Of a stretch of 64,000 nt of DNA, positions 9,796 to 27,104 are shown piece after piece (the stretch's first letter is position 1; every line of letters starts with the position of its first letter). The translations under genes were made by a program, and so were the position numbers. The stretch lies in assembly GCA_031370645.1 (NCBI GenBank), contig JANMQV010000006.1, positions 6,473 to 70,472 of the forward strand. Reading direction: 5' to 3'. This stretch comes from Candidatus Eiseniibacteriota bacterium. GTDB taxonomy: Bacteria > Eisenbacteria > RBG-16-71-46 > SZUA-252. The notes under the pieces are model-generated. The model ran no database searches. It saw only the letters and a list, made by a program, of their open reading frames with translations, and was not told the origin of the DNA.

Positions 9796-11121
9796 TCAGG
9801 TGCAACGAGAGCCCGGGCCGGCGTCGTACACGACCTCGCCCCGGACCACGACCATGCGGGTGTGGTCGTGCCCGTAGTGGTAGGGGATGTGGCGATGGTC
9901 GCCCCCCTCGAAGAGGGCGAGATCGGCCTCGAACCCTGGCTGAATCCGGCCAATCCGGTCGCTTCTTCCGATCGCGGCGGCGGCGTTCGCGGTGACGGCC
10001 ATCCAGGCTTCGGCCGGGGTCATCTTCATCTGCGTGACCGCCATCGTCATCGCGAGCGGAAGCGAAGCGGACATGGTGCTCCCCGGATTCCAGTCTGTCG
10101 CGACCGCGACGGGAACTCCGAGTTCGATCATCCGTCGCGCGGGCGCGTACGGAAGCCCGAGCGTGAAGGCGGTGCCGGGGAGGAGGACGGCGATGACGCC
10201 CGCCTCGGCCATGGCGCGGAGTCCCCGTTCGGACGAGAAGAGGAGATGATCGGCGGAAACGGCCCCCACCTCGGCCGCCAGCGCGGCGGCGCCCACGTCC
10301 CCGAGTTCATCGGCGTGGAGCTTCGGCACGAGTCCGTGCCGCTTCCCCGCCTCGAGCACCCGGCGCGATTCCTCGACCGTGTAGATCCCCCGATCGCACC
10401 AAACGTCGCAGAAGGCGGCGAGTCGCTCCGCTTGAACCGCGGGGATCATCTCGTCGATCAAGAGCGAGATGTAGTCGTCGCGGCGCGAGCGGTATTCCGC
10501 GGGAATCGCGTGCGCGCCGAGGAACGTCGCCGCGATCTTCACCGGAGACGCCGCCGCGGCGCTGGCGAGGGCGCGAAGCTGCTTTCGCTCCTCGTCCCAA
10601 GAGAGTCCGTAGCCGCTCTTCGCCTCGACCGTGGTGACGCCCTGCTCGAGTAGGAGGCGAAGTCGGCCGGCGACTCGCTCGGCCAATTCGTCTTCGCTCG
10701 TCGCGCGAAGCGAGCGGCGGCTCGACTCGATGCCGCCCCCCTTCGCCGCGATCGATTCGTACGTCTCGCCTCGGGCGCGCGCGTCGAACTCCATCTCCCG
10801 CGTCCCGGCGAAGGGGAGGTGCGTGTGGGCGTCGATCAGTCCGGGCGTCACGAGAAGCCCGCCGGCGTCGATGACGCGCGCGGCGAGTCGTTCGGGGTAG
10901 GCCGCGGCCACCTCGGCGGTCGGACCAACGGCGACGACGACTCCGCCGACGCAGGCGACCGCCGCGTCGGCGAGGAGGAGCGGCTCGTCGAGCGCGCGCC
11001 CCCGAAGCGGCGCGCCACCGGGCGTGGCGGGCGCGGTCAGAAGCTCCGCCGCCCCCAGAATGAGGAGATCGGCGCGGCCCGCGGCTCCCCCGTTCGGCGT
11101 CGGCGTCGGGGCCGTGGTCAC
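9796..11121 (-). CDS. hutI: Imidazolonepropionase
   Basis: 441 aa. [17 protein letters not shown] metal-binding motif and KSGYGLS. The start overlaps the hutU stop (ATGA-type). Confidence 0.9.
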   Translation of the reverse strand: MTTAPTPTPNGGAAGRADLLILGAAELLTAPATPGGAPLRGRALDEPLLLADAAVACVGGVVVAVGPTAEVAAAYPERLAARVIDAGGLLVTPGLIDAHTHLPFAGTREMEFDARARGETYESIAAKGGGIESSRRSLRATSEDELAERVAGRLRLLLEQGVTTVEAKSGYGLSWDEERKQLRALASAAAASPVKIAATFLGAHAIPAEYRSRRDDYISLLIDEMIPAVQAERLAAFCDVWCDRGIYTVEESRRVLEAGKRHGLVPKLHADELGDVGAAALAAEVGAVSADHLLFSSERGLRAMAEAGVIAVLLPGTAFTLGLPYAPARRMIELGVPVAVATDWNPGSTMSASLPLAMTMAVTQMKMTPAEAWMAVTANAAAAIGRSDRIGRIQPGFEADLALFEGGDHRHIPYHYGHDHTRMVVVRGEVVYDAGPGSRCT

Positions 11122-12812
11122 GTCGATCGCGGGATGGTGAGCCCGTGCCGCTTCGCGTTCGCCAGCGCGTCAGGATAGCCCGCGTCGGCGTGACGGAAGA
11201 GGCCCATGGCGGGATCGTTTGTGAGGACGCGCCGAATGCGTGCGAGTCCGGCCGGAGTTCCATCGGCCACCATAACGACGCCCGCGTGAATCGAGTTCCC
11301 GATCCCGACGCCGCCGCCGTGATGGACGGACACCCACGAAGCGCCCGAAACCGCGTTCACGAGCGCGTTCAGGATCGGCCAGTCGGCGATCGCGTCGCTC
11401 CCGTCCCGCATCGCCTCGGTCTCCCGGTGAGGCGAGGCGACCGAGCCGCAGTCGAGATGATCGCGGCCGATCACGATCGGCGCCTCCACCTCTCCCCGCT
11501 CGACCAGGCGGTTCAACACTTCGCCGAAGCGCGCCCGCTCGCCCATCCCGAGCCAGCAGATGCGCGCAGGCAGCCCCTGGAAGGCAACCCGCTCCGAGGC
11601 GAGACGAATCCAGCGGTGGAGCGGCTCGTTGTCGGGAAAGAGTTCGAGGACCGCGCGGTCGGTGACGGCGATGTCCTTGGGATTCCCCGAGAGCGCCGCC
11701 CAGCGGAATGGCCCCTTCCCCTCGCAGAAGAGGGGTCGGATGAACTCGGGGACGAATCCGGGGATCGTGAAGGCATCGGTCACGCCCGCCTTCTCCGCCT
11801 GCGCGCGAATATTGTTGCCGTAGTCGAACGTCACCGCGCCGGCGTTCTGAAAGTCGCGCATGGCGCGCACGTGACGCCCCATCGATTCGACCGAGAGGGC
11901 GATGTACCGCGTCGGGTCCTCCACGCGAAGCCGAAGCGCGTCCTCGTACGACATGCCGCCCGGCACGTAACCGTTCAGTTCGTCGTGCGCGGAGGTCTGA
12001 TCGGTGACGAAATCGGGCCGCACGCCGCGGCGCACCATCTCCGGAAGGAGATCGGCTGCGTTCCCGACGAGACCGATGGAAAGCGCGCGGCGCGCCTTCG
12101 TCGCCTCCTCCACCCAGCGAAGCGCCTCGTCGAGGGAGCTGGTGCTTTTGTCGACGTAGCGGGTCTCCAGACGGCGCTCCACGCGGTGCGGATCGACGTC
12201 CAGGGCGAGACAGACGCCTTCGTTCATCGTGACGGCGAGCGGCTGCGCACCCCCCATGCCACCGAGTCCCGCCGTGAGAACCCACTTCCCTTGGAGCGTG
12301 CCGCCGCCGTGCTGACGCGCCGCCTCGGCGAACGTCTCGTACGTCCCCTGAAGAATTCCCTGCGTGCCGATGTAGATCCAGGAGCCGGCCGTCATCTGGC
12401 CATACATCGTGAGGCCCTTCGCCTCGAGCGCGCGGAATTCGTCCCACGTCGCCCACTTCGGCACGAGAAGCGAATTGGCGATGAGGACGCGCGGGGCGTC
12501 GGGGTGCGTGTTCACCACTCCGACCGGCTTTCCCGACTGCACGAGGAGCGTCTGATCGTTCTCGAGCGCGCGGAGCGACGAGACGATGGCGTGATAGTCG
12601 GGCCAGGAGCGCGCCGCGCGGCCCGTGCCGCCGTAGACGACGAGGTCTTGAGGCTTCTCCGCCACCTCCGGGTCGAGGTTGTTCATGAGCATCCGGAGCG
12701 CACCTTCCTGATGCCATCCCTTGCACGAACGCTGCGCGCCGCGCGGGGCGCGGATCGGTTCGGCGGGCGGCGTCCCCCTCAGCGAGGTGGGCGCGGTTTC
12801 GGCGCGAGTCAT
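11118..12812 (-). CDS. hutU: Urocanate hydratase
   Basis: 564 aa. [31 protein letters not shown] and the NAD-binding [12 protein letters not shown] motif. Confidence 0.9.
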   Translation of the reverse strand: MTRAETAPTSLRGTPPAEPIRAPRGAQRSCKGWHQEGALRMLMNNLDPEVAEKPQDLVVYGGTGRAARSWPDYHAIVSSLRALENDQTLLVQSGKPVGVVNTHPDAPRVLIANSLLVPKWATWDEFRALEAKGLTMYGQMTAGSWIYIGTQGILQGTYETFAEAARQHGGGTLQGKWVLTAGLGGMGGAQPLAVTMNEGVCLALDVDPHRVERRLETRYVDKSTSSLDEALRWVEEATKARRALSIGLVGNAADLLPEMVRRGVRPDFVTDQTSAHDELNGYVPGGMSYEDALRLRVEDPTRYIALSVESMGRHVRAMRDFQNAGAVTFDYGNNIRAQAEKAGVTDAFTIPGFVPEFIRPLFCEGKGPFRWAALSGNPKDIAVTDRAVLELFPDNEPLHRWIRLASERVAFQGLPARICWLGMGERARFGEVLNRLVERGEVEAPIVIGRDHLDCGSVASPHRETEAMRDGSDAIADWPILNALVNAVSGASWVSVHHGGGVGIGNSIHAGVVMVADGTPAGLARIRRVLTNDPAMGLFRHADAGYPDALANAKRHGLTIPRST

Positions 12813-14385
12813 CGAACGGCTCCTTTCGTCTCAAACGGCGCGACGTCCGCCGCGTCGGCGGCGGCGGCGCTCGCGATCCATGAGTCGAGGCGTTCCAAGT
12901 CTTGATCGAGGCGCCGGTCCCCCGTCAGCGGAGGCACGAGCGCGCGGACGCCGGCGTGGAGCGCTTCGAGCGGCGCGCTTGAACGATGCGGCCGAAGCGA
13001 CTCGATCCCCTGCGCGGCGCAGAGGAGTTCCGCCGCCACGATGCGGCGAACATTCCGAACGAGCGCGAGCGCCTTGATCGCGGCGTGCATGGCGAAGCTC
13101 ACGTGATCCTCCTGCCCCGCCGACGAAGGGATCGAATCGACCGAGGCGGGGTGCGCCAGCGCCTTGTTCTCCGATACGAGCGCCGCCTGGAGATATTGAA
13201 CGATCATGAGGCCCGACTCGAGCCCCGGATTCGTCGCGAGGAAGGGAGGAAGCCCGCTCTTCGACGACTCCAAGAGCAGGTAGCTCCGCCGCTCGGCGAT
13301 CGATCCGACTTCGGCGAGGCCGATCGCCAGGAAGTCGAGCGCCTGCGCGATGGGCTGGCCGTGAAAATTCCCGGCCGACACGACCTCGGGGCTCGCGGCG
13401 CCCGGCGTGGCGTCGGCGAGGCAGAGCGGATTGTCGGTGACGCTGTTCATTTCGATCACGAGCCGGTCGCGCGCGAACCACGCCGCTTCGATGGAAGCGC
13501 CGAGCACTTGCGGCGCGCAGCGGAAGGAGTAGGGATCTTGCACGCGGTCGCAGTCGGCGTGGGACGCTACGATCTCGCTGCCGTCGAGGAGCCGGCGAAC
13601 GGCCGCGGCGGAGGCGATCTGCCCCGCGTGCGGACGGAGGGCGTGGACGCGCGCGTCGAACGGTTTCGGACTCCCGCGCATCGCTTCTACCGACAGCGCG
13701 CAAGCCGCGTGCGCCGCGCGGAGCACTTCGAATCCTTCGTGGAGCGCCAGAATGCCGACCGCCGTGGCCGCCTGCGTCCCGTTGATGAGCGCGAGCCCCT
13801 CTTTCGCCGCAAGCGCGAGTGGCGCGATCCCCGCGTCGCGCAGGTGCTCGGCGGCCGGCGCCGCTCGTCCGGCGCGCCGCGCTTCCCCTTCCCCGATGAC
13901 CACCAGCGCGAGATGGGCGAGCGGGATCAGATCGCCGCTCGCGCCGAGCGAACCCTTGCTCGGGACGATGGGGAGGATGTCGCGTTCGCGTAGTTCGAGA
14001 AGTCGCGCGACGAGTTCGGGGCGAACTCCGCTCGCGCCGAGCGAAAGGGAGTGGGCGCGAAGCGCGAGCATCAGGCGAACCACGGAGGGCTCGAGTTCCG
14101 GCCCCGCGCCCGCCGCGTGGCTTCGGAGGAGATTGACCTGCAGCGCCGCCAGGTCGCCGTCGGCGATGCGGACCGACTTGAGCGCTCCAAACCCGGTGTT
14201 GACGCCGTAGACGGCGGCCCCTCGGCGAAGCGAGTCGTCGACGAGCGCGCGCGAAGGGGCCATCCGTCCGGCCGCGCCGGCGTCAAGCCGCGCGGGAGCA
14301 CCCGATGCGAGCGCGCGAGCGTCGTTGAAGGTGAGCGCGCGTCCCCCGATGGGGACCGGGGCCGGGGTCACGCTGGACACGGGAG
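12809..14385 (-). CDS. hutH: Histidine ammonia-lyase
   Basis: The MIO-forming triad is present in [23 protein letters not shown] motif present. Probable GTG start at about 14385 (VSSVTPAPV...) preceded by GGAGG. This start is embedded 18 nt inside the 3' end of dinG. The 831-aa track ORF is over-extended. Confidence 0.85.
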
Positions 14386-16476
14386 AGCCTCCATTTCGAT
14401 GAAGTCGCGAACCAGCGCGGCCGCCTCGGCGGGCGTCCGCGCGACGGCCGGACGCGACGGAAGCACCGCGACGAACCGCGCGCCGTATCCCGCGCGAAGA
14501 AGGCGAGGATCCGCGACCAGCACGGCGCCGCGATCGCTCGCGCTTCGAATGAGACGTCCTACTCCCTGGCGGAAACGAAGAATCGCCTCCGGGAGCATCA
14601 GCTCCTTGAAAGGGTCGCCTCCCTCGGCGACGATTCGCTCCGACCGGGCTTCGACGACCGGATCGGTCGGCACCGGGAACGGCAGCCGCGCGATGATGAG
14701 GATCTCGAGCGACGCGCCCGGGAAATCGACGCCTTCCCAAAACGACGCCGTTCCGAGCAGCACGCTCCCCGGCCGATCGCGGAAGGCGTCGGCCAGTGGT
14801 GCTGCCGGAGCGCCCGGCGTCTGCGCCAGAAGCGGAACGCCGAGCGACGCGAGCGGTACCCGGAGGCGTGTCGCCAAACTCTCCAGCATCGAGAACGACG
14901 TGAGGAGAACGAGCGTGCTCCGGCGAAGCGCCGAAAGCGATAGCACCGCGGACGCGAGCCCGTCCACGTACGCGGCGTCGTTCGGCGCGCTCCCCTCGAG
15001 CACGACCGTTCGAACCATTCGCTCGAGCGGGAAGGGTGATTCCAGGCACTCGCACTCCGCCTCGGTCGGCTCGAGCCCGAGGGCGCGGAGTGTCGGTGCG
15101 AAGTCGCGTTCCGGCGCCATTGTGGCCGACGTCAAGAGCACGCGCTCGGCGTGGGCGAAGATGCTGTCGCGGAGCACGCCTCCGACCCGAAGCGGCCGGC
15201 GATTGAGGCGCGGCGTTCCCCGCTCGTCGCGGTCGAGGAAGAACGCGTGATCGCGCTCCTCCACGCGAACCACGGCGCGAAGCGCCTGTTCGGTCTCGAT
15301 CCACGCGGCCACGCGCGCGCGCCCTTCGGCGAGCGCGTCGTCCGAGCCGGGGCGGAGCACTCCCGTCTCCGTCTCCGCCTCGTGAAGCGCCCGCTCCAGC
15401 GCGCGAATGAGCGTTCCGAGCGCGCCGAGGAGGAGATCGAGCGCTGCGGGGCTCACGGTCGCGAGGTCGACGTCGGCGCCGAGCCGCGCCGCGGCGACGC
15501 CGTCGGGGAGAAGTGCCGCGAGATCGCGCGTGAGCGCCGCCGTGTGATCGAGCACGGGACGGAGCGCTTGGTCTGCTTCCACGATCCGTTCGGCGACTCC
15601 GGAGGAGCGGCCGCGCCGAAGGGAACGGGAGAGGAGCCGGAGCGCGCCGTTTCGCGCGTCGGTCCGCGCCGCCAATCGCGCCACGTCCTGCATCCCCACG
15701 GTCACGCCAAAGGTTTCGCGCGCGACGCGTTCGAATTGATGCGCTTCATCCAGAATCAAGGCCCCCGCTTCGGCGACGACCGACTGGCGGAGTCCCGCGT
15801 CGGAGAGAAGAAGCGCGTGATTCAGAATGATCACGTCCGCCTTCCGCGCTTCGCGCCGAGCCGCCTTGGCGAAGCAGCCCGAGGCGGGATCGCAATCGGG
15901 GCCCGAGCAGAAGATTGGATCGGAAGCGATCTCGGCCGCGAGCGACGAACCGGGTCCGAGCCCCACGCCGAGCCCGAGTGTCGCCAGTTCCTCTAACTCC
16001 CCCTTCCTCGTGTGTTCGATCCACGACTCCAGCCGCTCCAGGGCTTCCCCGTCGAGCGGCGCTCCCCCTCCCGCGAAGAGCCGTCGCTGCCGGAGCCGCG
16101 CCTGCGCGCGCCGGCGGCAGAGATAGGAGGCGCGACCCTTCAGCGTGGCGGCGCGCACGGGGCGGCCGAGCGCGCGCGACGCGAGGGGAACGTCTCGCGT
16201 GATCAACTGCTCTTGGAGCGCCTTCGTGTGGGTGGAGACGACGATCGGACCCGACCCGCCGGCACGGAGCAGAAGCGCGGGGAGGAGATAGGCGAGCGAT
16301 TTCCCGACGCCGGTCGGCGCCTCGATCGCGAGGACGCCGCGATGAAGCAGAAGTTCCGCCCATCGCCGGGCCATGCGGGCCTGGGCTGGGCGGTGCTCGA
16401 ATTCCGGCGCGTCGCGTTCGAGGCGCTCGAACGCCTCCTCGACCGTCGCTACGAGATCGAAATCGCGCGAGTTCAT
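14368..16476 (-). CDS. dinG: ATP-dependent DNA helicase, DinG/Rad3 (XPD-like) family
   Basis: 702 aa. Walker A APTGVGKSLAYLLPALL, DEAH box LILDEAHQFE, C-terminal helicase motifs. Confidence 0.85.
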   Translation of the reverse strand: MNSRDFDLVATVEEAFERLERDAPEFEHRPAQARMARRWAELLLHRGVLAIEAPTGVGKSLAYLLPALLLRAGGSGPIVVSTHTKALQEQLITRDVPLASRALGRPVRAATLKGRASYLCRRRAQARLRQRRLFAGGGAPLDGEALERLESWIEHTRKGELEELATLGLGVGLGPGSSLAAEIASDPIFCSGPDCDPASGCFAKAARREARKADVIILNHALLLSDAGLRQSVVAEAGALILDEAHQFERVARETFGVTVGMQDVARLAARTDARNGALRLLSRSLRRGRSSGVAERIVEADQALRPVLDHTAALTRDLAALLPDGVAAARLGADVDLATVSPAALDLLLGALGTLIRALERALHEAETETGVLRPGSDDALAEGRARVAAWIETEQALRAVVRVEERDHAFFLDRDERGTPRLNRRPLRVGGVLRDSIFAHAERVLLTSATMAPERDFAPTLRALGLEPTEAECECLESPFPLERMVRTVVLEGSAPNDAAYVDGLASAVLSLSALRRSTLVLLTSFSMLESLATRLRVPLASLGVPLLAQTPGAPAAPLADAFRDRPGSVLLGTASFWEGVDFPGASLEILIIARLPFPVPTDPVVEARSERIVAEGGDPFKELMLPEAILRFRQGVGRLIRSASDRGAVLVADPRLLRAGYGARFVAVLPSRPAVARTPAEAAALVRDFIEMEALPCPA

Positions 16477-16548
16477 GAGCCTAGATCGTTCGGGGATAGG
16501 AAGATCGGACGGTTGACCGCTTCAACCTACGGGAGGAGGGCGGGGTTG

Positions 16549-18044
16549 TCAACGCGGGCCATTTCCGGCCGCGCGGAGGGCTTTGTCGAGCGCCTCGCCG
16601 CGGCGGCCCACGACCTCCGGAGCGGCCGCCACGTCGGCCTCGGACGTGTTGAAGTTGACGATGCAGGCGCGAAGCACGTAGCGGCCATCGAGGACCGCGT
16701 TCGAGACGAAGATCTCTCCTCCCCGCTGAAGATCGTCGAGGAGAGCCTGGTTCAGGCGGCTCAGGTATTCCTCGGAAGCCGCTTCGCCGCGGCGCGAGCG
16801 GAGGTCGGCGGGAACGTAGCGGAAGGTGACGATGCTGAGTTCGGTGGTGAGCACTTCGAGCAGGTCGTGCTTCTCGATGGCGCGCGCCATCGATCGCGCG
16901 AGGAGAATGTCGTCGGAGATCATGCGCCGATGCCCTGAAGCTCCGGCGTGGCGGAAGGAGAGCCACACCTTGAGTGCCCGAAAGCCGCGCGAATTCTGCA
17001 TGCCGTAGTCGACGAAGTTCACCGACTTCTCTTCGAAGTGGTAGTAGGGAGGATGGTAGGAGAAGGCGGCGCGGTGAAGCACCGGATCGCGAACGAGCGC
17101 GCATCCCGCTTCGAGCGGCGCGTAGAGCCACTTGTGGGGATCGACCGCGACGGAATCGGCCTCGGAGAGTCCGCGAAGATCGCCGGGCGCCTCCGGCACG
17201 GCGGCGGCGATGCCGCCGTAGGCGCCGTCGACGTGGAACCAGAGCCCCTCCCGCCGGCAGAACGCCGCGAGCGCGGGGAGCGGGTCGACGGCGCCCGTGC
17301 TGACCGAGCCACCGGTGCCGACGACCAGGAACGGGATGTCTCCGGCGGCGCGATCGGCCGCCACCTGGCGCTCGAGTTCATCAAGTCGCAGACGCTGCGA
17401 TCCATCCGTCTCGATCCATCGAATCGAATCGGTGCCGAGACCCGAGAGATCGGCGGCCTTCTGAATCCACGTGTGCGTCTCCTTCGAGGCGTACGAGCGA
17501 AGCCGGCCGCATCCCGCCGGCATGGCGCCGTCGCGCTGCACCGCCCACGGCGCCTTCGCCGCGCGCGCCGCGAAGAAGCAGACGAGATTCGCCATGTTCC
17601 CACCGCTCACGAGAACGCCGCCGCACGTCTCGGGATATCCGATGAACTGGGTGATCCAGCGGACGGTCTGCACCTCGATCTCCGTTGCAGCGGGCGAGAG
17701 CGACCAGCCGCCGGCATTCGGATTCACCGCCGCGCCGATGAGATCGGCAAACATGCCGATCGGCGCGGGCGAGGAGGTGATGTAGCCCCAGAACCGGGGA
17801 TGTCCGTTGAAGAGGGAGTGATCGAAGAGGAGCCGCGTCGATTCTTCGAGCAGCGCGGCCGGATCGCTCCCCTCCTCCGGAAGCGGCGCGTCGGTGCCGA
17901 GCGCGGCGCGCACCTGCGAGGGGCGCTCGCCGGGCGTCACCGGTCCTCGCGGGATCGCCTCCAGCCGGTCGGCGAGTTGGTCCACGAGGCGGTGGCCCAG
18001 CGCGCGGAATTCGGCGGAGGGAATGGCGAGCGGGCGCTGACGGC

Positions 18045-18048
<4 letters not shown>
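16549..18048 (-). CDS. Pyridoxal-phosphate-dependent group II decarboxylase (diaminobutyrate / aromatic amino-acid decarboxylase-like)
   Basis: 499 aa. PLP-lysine motif SVAVDPHKWLYAPLEAG. SGGNMANL motif present. Confidence 0.85.
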
Positions 18049-22724
<4,676 letters not shown>

Positions 22725-22725
<1 letters not shown>

Positions 22726-25700
22726 CAGAACGAACTCCGGAGTTCGAGCCGCGCGGTGTAGCTGCCGGTGCCGCTCGGAACGGCCGCGCCGTTCACTCCA
22801 AGCGTCAGCTGAAGCCGGTCGCGCATCGTCCACTCGGAGAGAAGATCGTAATCGAGCCGCCCCCCGAGCACGGGTGCGAGAAAGGCTCCCGACGGCGCGT
22901 AGGATCCGTTCCGTTCGGTCTTCCCCCAGAGCGCTCGCGCGTCGACGCGAAGACGTCCCCCGGAAGCGCAACGGATCGCGGGGCCGGCCGACCAGGTCGT
23001 CTGCGTCCCGCCTCGAAGCGCGTCGCGATCCAGCCGATGCCTCCCGATGAGCGAGAGATTCCACTGCGGTCCCGCGGCCCGAGAGAGTTCGACCTCAGCA
23101 CCTCGTCCCGTGAGGCGGCTCCGGGCCCGGTCGGGCGAGTCGGAGCGAGTCGATGCGTAGCGGCTCTGATCGATGGTGATGCGCTCGGAGAGCCGGAGAC
23201 GCGCCGGCAACGGATGGCGCGCTCGAAGCGTCGCGTCGCGCGAATCGCGGCCGACGCGCAGGTTCTCGAGATCGCCCAGGAGTTCTCGGCGCGCTCCCGC
23301 CTCGGCACGAAGTTCGTAGCGGGCGCCGGCGGGGACGAATTCGAGCGTCTGGCGCCCGCTCCATTCCCCGCGAATCGTGGCGTCGCCGTCGAGGTAGTCG
23401 CTGAATCGGAACGCGCGCTCCAGCCGCCCGAGCGGGAGGCGCGACTGGCTGTCGAGGCGAAGAAGCGTGCTCGCGCCGAGCGCGCGCCACCAGGCTCGCC
23501 GCGCGGCCGGCGTCCGCGCCGCCCGTGCGGGGTAGGCGTCGAGCCGCCACTGCCACGAGGCCTTTGTTCTCGTCGCCTCCGGGCCCGTCACGCTCACGAA
23601 CTCGTAGCCCCCTCCCGGGGAGAGCGTGCCGGTCGCGTCGTAGGAGCCGAGCCCCGGGCCGAGGGCGACGAGCGAGCGCTGCCGTTCTGGCTCCCGCACC
23701 TGTGAAACATCCCACCGGACTTCGCTCGTGAGGGCGCCTCCCGCTCGGCCTCCGGTGAGGACAACCTGAGCGAGATCGGTGTCGGTGCCGCCGCTCGCTC
23801 CGCGCGACCGCCGGCGCGAGAGCGAGGCGTCGACCGTGACGAGGTCCGCGCGAACCGTGGCGCCGCCATCGAACGCGACCGAGCGGCGGGTCCGATCCCC
23901 CTGCGAAAGGTTCACCTCGAGCGGGGCTTCGAGATCCCGCCGCCAGGTGACCCCGCCGCGGAATCGCATCGCGGTGGCCGGCGAGAGGACGACGCTGCTC
24001 GAGGCGAAGCGCGTGTCGCGGCGCGCGACCGAGTCGCCGTCCGCGCCCGACACCCGCTCTGATCCGGCGCGAAGGTGCGGCTGTACCACGCCTCGGTCGC
24101 GGCCGAGATCGAGACCCCAACGTGCACGCCTCCCCGCACCGCTCGCGCCGTCATTTCTCGCCTCCTCCCATCGCGCCGTCCCCCCTACGAAGCCGCGCCA
24201 CTCCGCCTCGGCGGCTCGCCTCGTGGAGCGGGCGCCGTCGGCGAGACGCCGGTGGCCCCATTCGCCCCGAAGGCTCGCGGCGTTCGAGGCGTCGTATTGC
24301 GCCGTCGCTTCGTAGCGTCGCTCTCCCACGTCGCCCGAGCGCTGATTCCAGCGATCCCCTTCGAACGCCGCGTCAACCCGATCGAACGAGGTGAACGATT
24401 CGTCGCGCGAACGAAGGGAGACCCCGGCGCGGAGCGCTCCCGCCTTCCGGCCGAAAAGCCGAAGCGGGCGCGGGTCGAGGCGAAGGGCCGCGCGCGCGGC
24501 GATACCGCCGTTGTCGCCGTCGTCGCGCGCGCTCAGGAGGTTTCGATCGAGCGAGGAGCGGGCGAACTCCGCGTCGAGCGAGACCGCACCGCCGAATCGC
24601 GTCGTGCCGCCCACATCGAAGAGCGCGGCCGCCGCCGGCACCGCGAGCGAACGGCCGGGGGTGAAGTCGCCGAGCGAAGACCCGATGTAGTGATAGTAGC
24701 GAGTACCGTCGACTCCGACCGTGTCGGCGTACGAGCCGCGCCCGGCGCCGACTTCGGAGAACTCGACATCGTGATCGCCTCCGCCCACGCCCAGGTAAAC
24801 CCAGCGGGGAGCGGCGGCATCGCTTTCGTCCCACGCGTAGGAGCCGGCCCCCGGACCGACGTAGCGCACGCCGCTCGGGAGCGGCGCGTCGGCGGAGTCT
24901 CCCGCCCCGGAGAGCGCGTCACGGTCTTCGCGCGTCAATTCCGCGCCGAAGGGACGCTTCCAATCGTCCCCCTCGCGGAGGTAGGCCGCATACCAGTTCC
25001 GGCGGAGATCCCCTCCGCGCGTCGCCGCTGAATAGAGCTGCCGTTTGTAACGCGATGCCGCCTCCTCGTAGTCGACCGCGATTCGATTCGCGGCCGCGAT
25101 CGGCCGACGCACCGTGAAGCTGATCGTGCCCGCGGAGTAGTCCATCACGTAATCGGCGTCGGCGCCGCGGCGAAGCTTGCCGCCGTCGAGCCAGACCGTC
25201 TCGCTCCCGGCCACGATGCCGCCGTCGCCCCCGCTCGAGACGGTGCGCGTGGTGAGAACGTACGGTCCCTGCTTCCCCTCTTCCCCGCGGAATTCGGCCG
25301 CGCGCCGCTCCCCTTTCGCACCGGCGGCGGTAACGTCCCAATGAGTCCCGCGCACGTTCGCCGCGCCGCGCACGCCTTGCAACTCTCGGCTTAGGCGCGC
25401 GAACTCTCCCGGGAACGCGTCGAGGCGGAAGTCGCCGAGCGTCGCCTCTCCGCCCGGCGCCCGAACGGCGAGCGAGAGACGGTCGAGATCGTCGAGTTCG
25501 CGCGTGGCGCCGTCGGGTTCGAACGGGAGCGCGCGATCGCTCAGAGTCGCGCTCACGTCGACGTCGCCCGCGATCCGGCCGCGGAGCGAAAGATCGAGCC
25601 CCTGAGAGAGCGTGGCGTCGCGGCGGCGGCCGAGTTCGACGGCGAACGATTTCGAGCCGCTCACCGTGATGCGATCCCCACTCGCGGCGGCGTCGCCCAC

Positions 25701-26003
25701 CGTACCGGCGAAGGCGTCGCGCCGCAGCAGTGTCGCCGCGCCCTCCGCAGGAGCCGCGCCCCAGGCTTCGCGCGCCCCGGGTGGAAGTGACGCGGCGGCG
25801 GCAAGCGGCGCGCTCGCCCGGAGCAGGAGGAGGGAGGGCGAATTCCGCACCGGGAGGATGAGAACCGTCGAATCCGGTTCGGCGGGGGCATCACCGGCGG
25901 TGCGCGGCTCGGAGTCGTCCGAGGTGGGACGCGCGAACGCGCCACCCGGGACGAGAACGAGCCACAGGGCCAGAAGCGCGCCGGTCTTCGCGCGGGCGCT
26001 CAT
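22725..26003 (-). CDS. Large (~1090 aa) putative outer-membrane beta-barrel protein of unknown function
   Basis: Signal peptide MSARAKTGALLALWLVLVPGGAFA. Very Gly/Asp/Arg-rich. C-terminal ...YTARLELRSSF (beta-signal with terminal Phe). 1-nt stop/start overlap with the downstream Omp85 gene. Confidence 0.5.
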
Positions 26004-27031
26004 GGCGCGGCGCCCCGATCGATGGTGAAGATCCAAATCTCACCGCGCGTCTCATCGGCGACGGCGATTCGATCGTCCGGGCTCCAGGCGATCGCCCCGG
26101 GCCTCCACGCGTGCCGCTCCCCGCCGAGCCACCGGGTATGAAGTCGCGCGCCGTCCGACCCGAACACGAGAAGGCGCGCCCCCGCCGCATCGGCCACGTA
26201 GAGGGCGCCCGAGTCGTCGGCGGCCAGATCGATCGGCTCGGCGGCGAGGGAATCTCCCGCCGGGATACCCGGCCCCACGCGCCCCGTCGCGTCGAACCGG
26301 CGGAGCGTTCCCGCTTCGCGATCGGCGATCCACCCTCCTCCTTCGGGGAGAAAGACGGCGGCCGACGGCGAGCCGACCGACTCCTCGGGCGTGAGGAAGC
26401 GACCGGCGCGCCGGCGAAGAAGGCGCGAGTCGAGCGGGATCAAGTCGCGCGCGCGCGGCGCGAGGAGCCAGAGGTCGCCGTACGGATCGCGCAGGAGGCG
26501 TGCCTCGGGCGCGCGCGCCTCGTCGGCCAATTGAAGGTCGATGTCGCGCGTTCCGAGGTAGGCGGTGCGGCGGTCGTAGGCCAAGAGCGACGCGTGCGAG
26601 CGATCGAGCACGAGGAGCGATCCCCGCGCGTCGACGACGAGGTCGTGGGGTAGCGCCGAAGCCGGAGCGTCGTCGCCGAAAATGGTACCGAGGCCCGCCT
26701 CCGCCGCCGGCACGGTGGCCGCCCCGCGCGAGGGATCGCCGGCGCGAGGAGGGAGCGAAAGCCGTACGACGCGCCTCGCGCGCGCGTCGAGCACGTAGAG
26801 CGCGCCCTCTCCGTCGAACGCGAGCCGCGACGGGCGTTCGATGCCGGCCGCGCGGAGGCGATCGTGGTCGAGAAGGAGTTCCGCCCGCAGCGATCGCGGC
26901 GGCGCATCGGTGCGCCCGCGCCGTTCGATGTCGGGGGTCGGGAGCGCATGAGCGGGGCGCGGGACGGCCGGAGCGGCGAGGAGGCAGGCGAAGCAGACGG
27001 CCGCGAGGGCCAACCCCGTAGTTCGGCTCAC
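26000..27031 (-). CDS. Secreted NHL-repeat / six-bladed beta-propeller protein
   Basis: 343 aa. Signal peptide LALAAVCFACLLAAPAV. Repeated YVxDxxxxRxxxF-type NHL blades (GALYVLDARARRVV; GSLLVLDRSHASLLAYD; GALYVADAAGARLLVF; RIAVADETRGEIWIF). Confidence 0.6.
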   Translation of the reverse strand: MSRTTGLALAAVCFACLLAAPAVPRPAHALPTPDIERRGRTDAPPRSLRAELLLDHDRLRAAGIERPSRLAFDGEGALYVLDARARRVVRLSLPPRAGDPSRGAATVPAAEAGLGTIFGDDAPASALPHDLVVDARGSLLVLDRSHASLLAYDRRTAYLGTRDIDLQLADEARAPEARLLRDPYGDLWLLAPRARDLIPLDSRLLRRRAGRFLTPEESVGSPSAAVFLPEGGGWIADREAGTLRRFDATGRVGPGIPAGDSLAAEPIDLAADDSGALYVADAAGARLLVFGSDGARLHTRWLGGERHAWRPGAIAWSPDDRIAVADETRGEIWIFTIDRGAAP

Positions 27032-27104
27032 GATGTCGGGACCCTCCGGATGTCTCCAGGGCCCGGCGGCGGATTCGCCGTTCGCCGGGGTGAGGGCCGG
27101 GGCG

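Noticed and set aside
11170-12834. 554-aa same-strand alternate-frame ORF inside hutU
   Set aside because: Out-of-frame with the clearly conserved urocanase. The sequence is RRG-rich nonsense.
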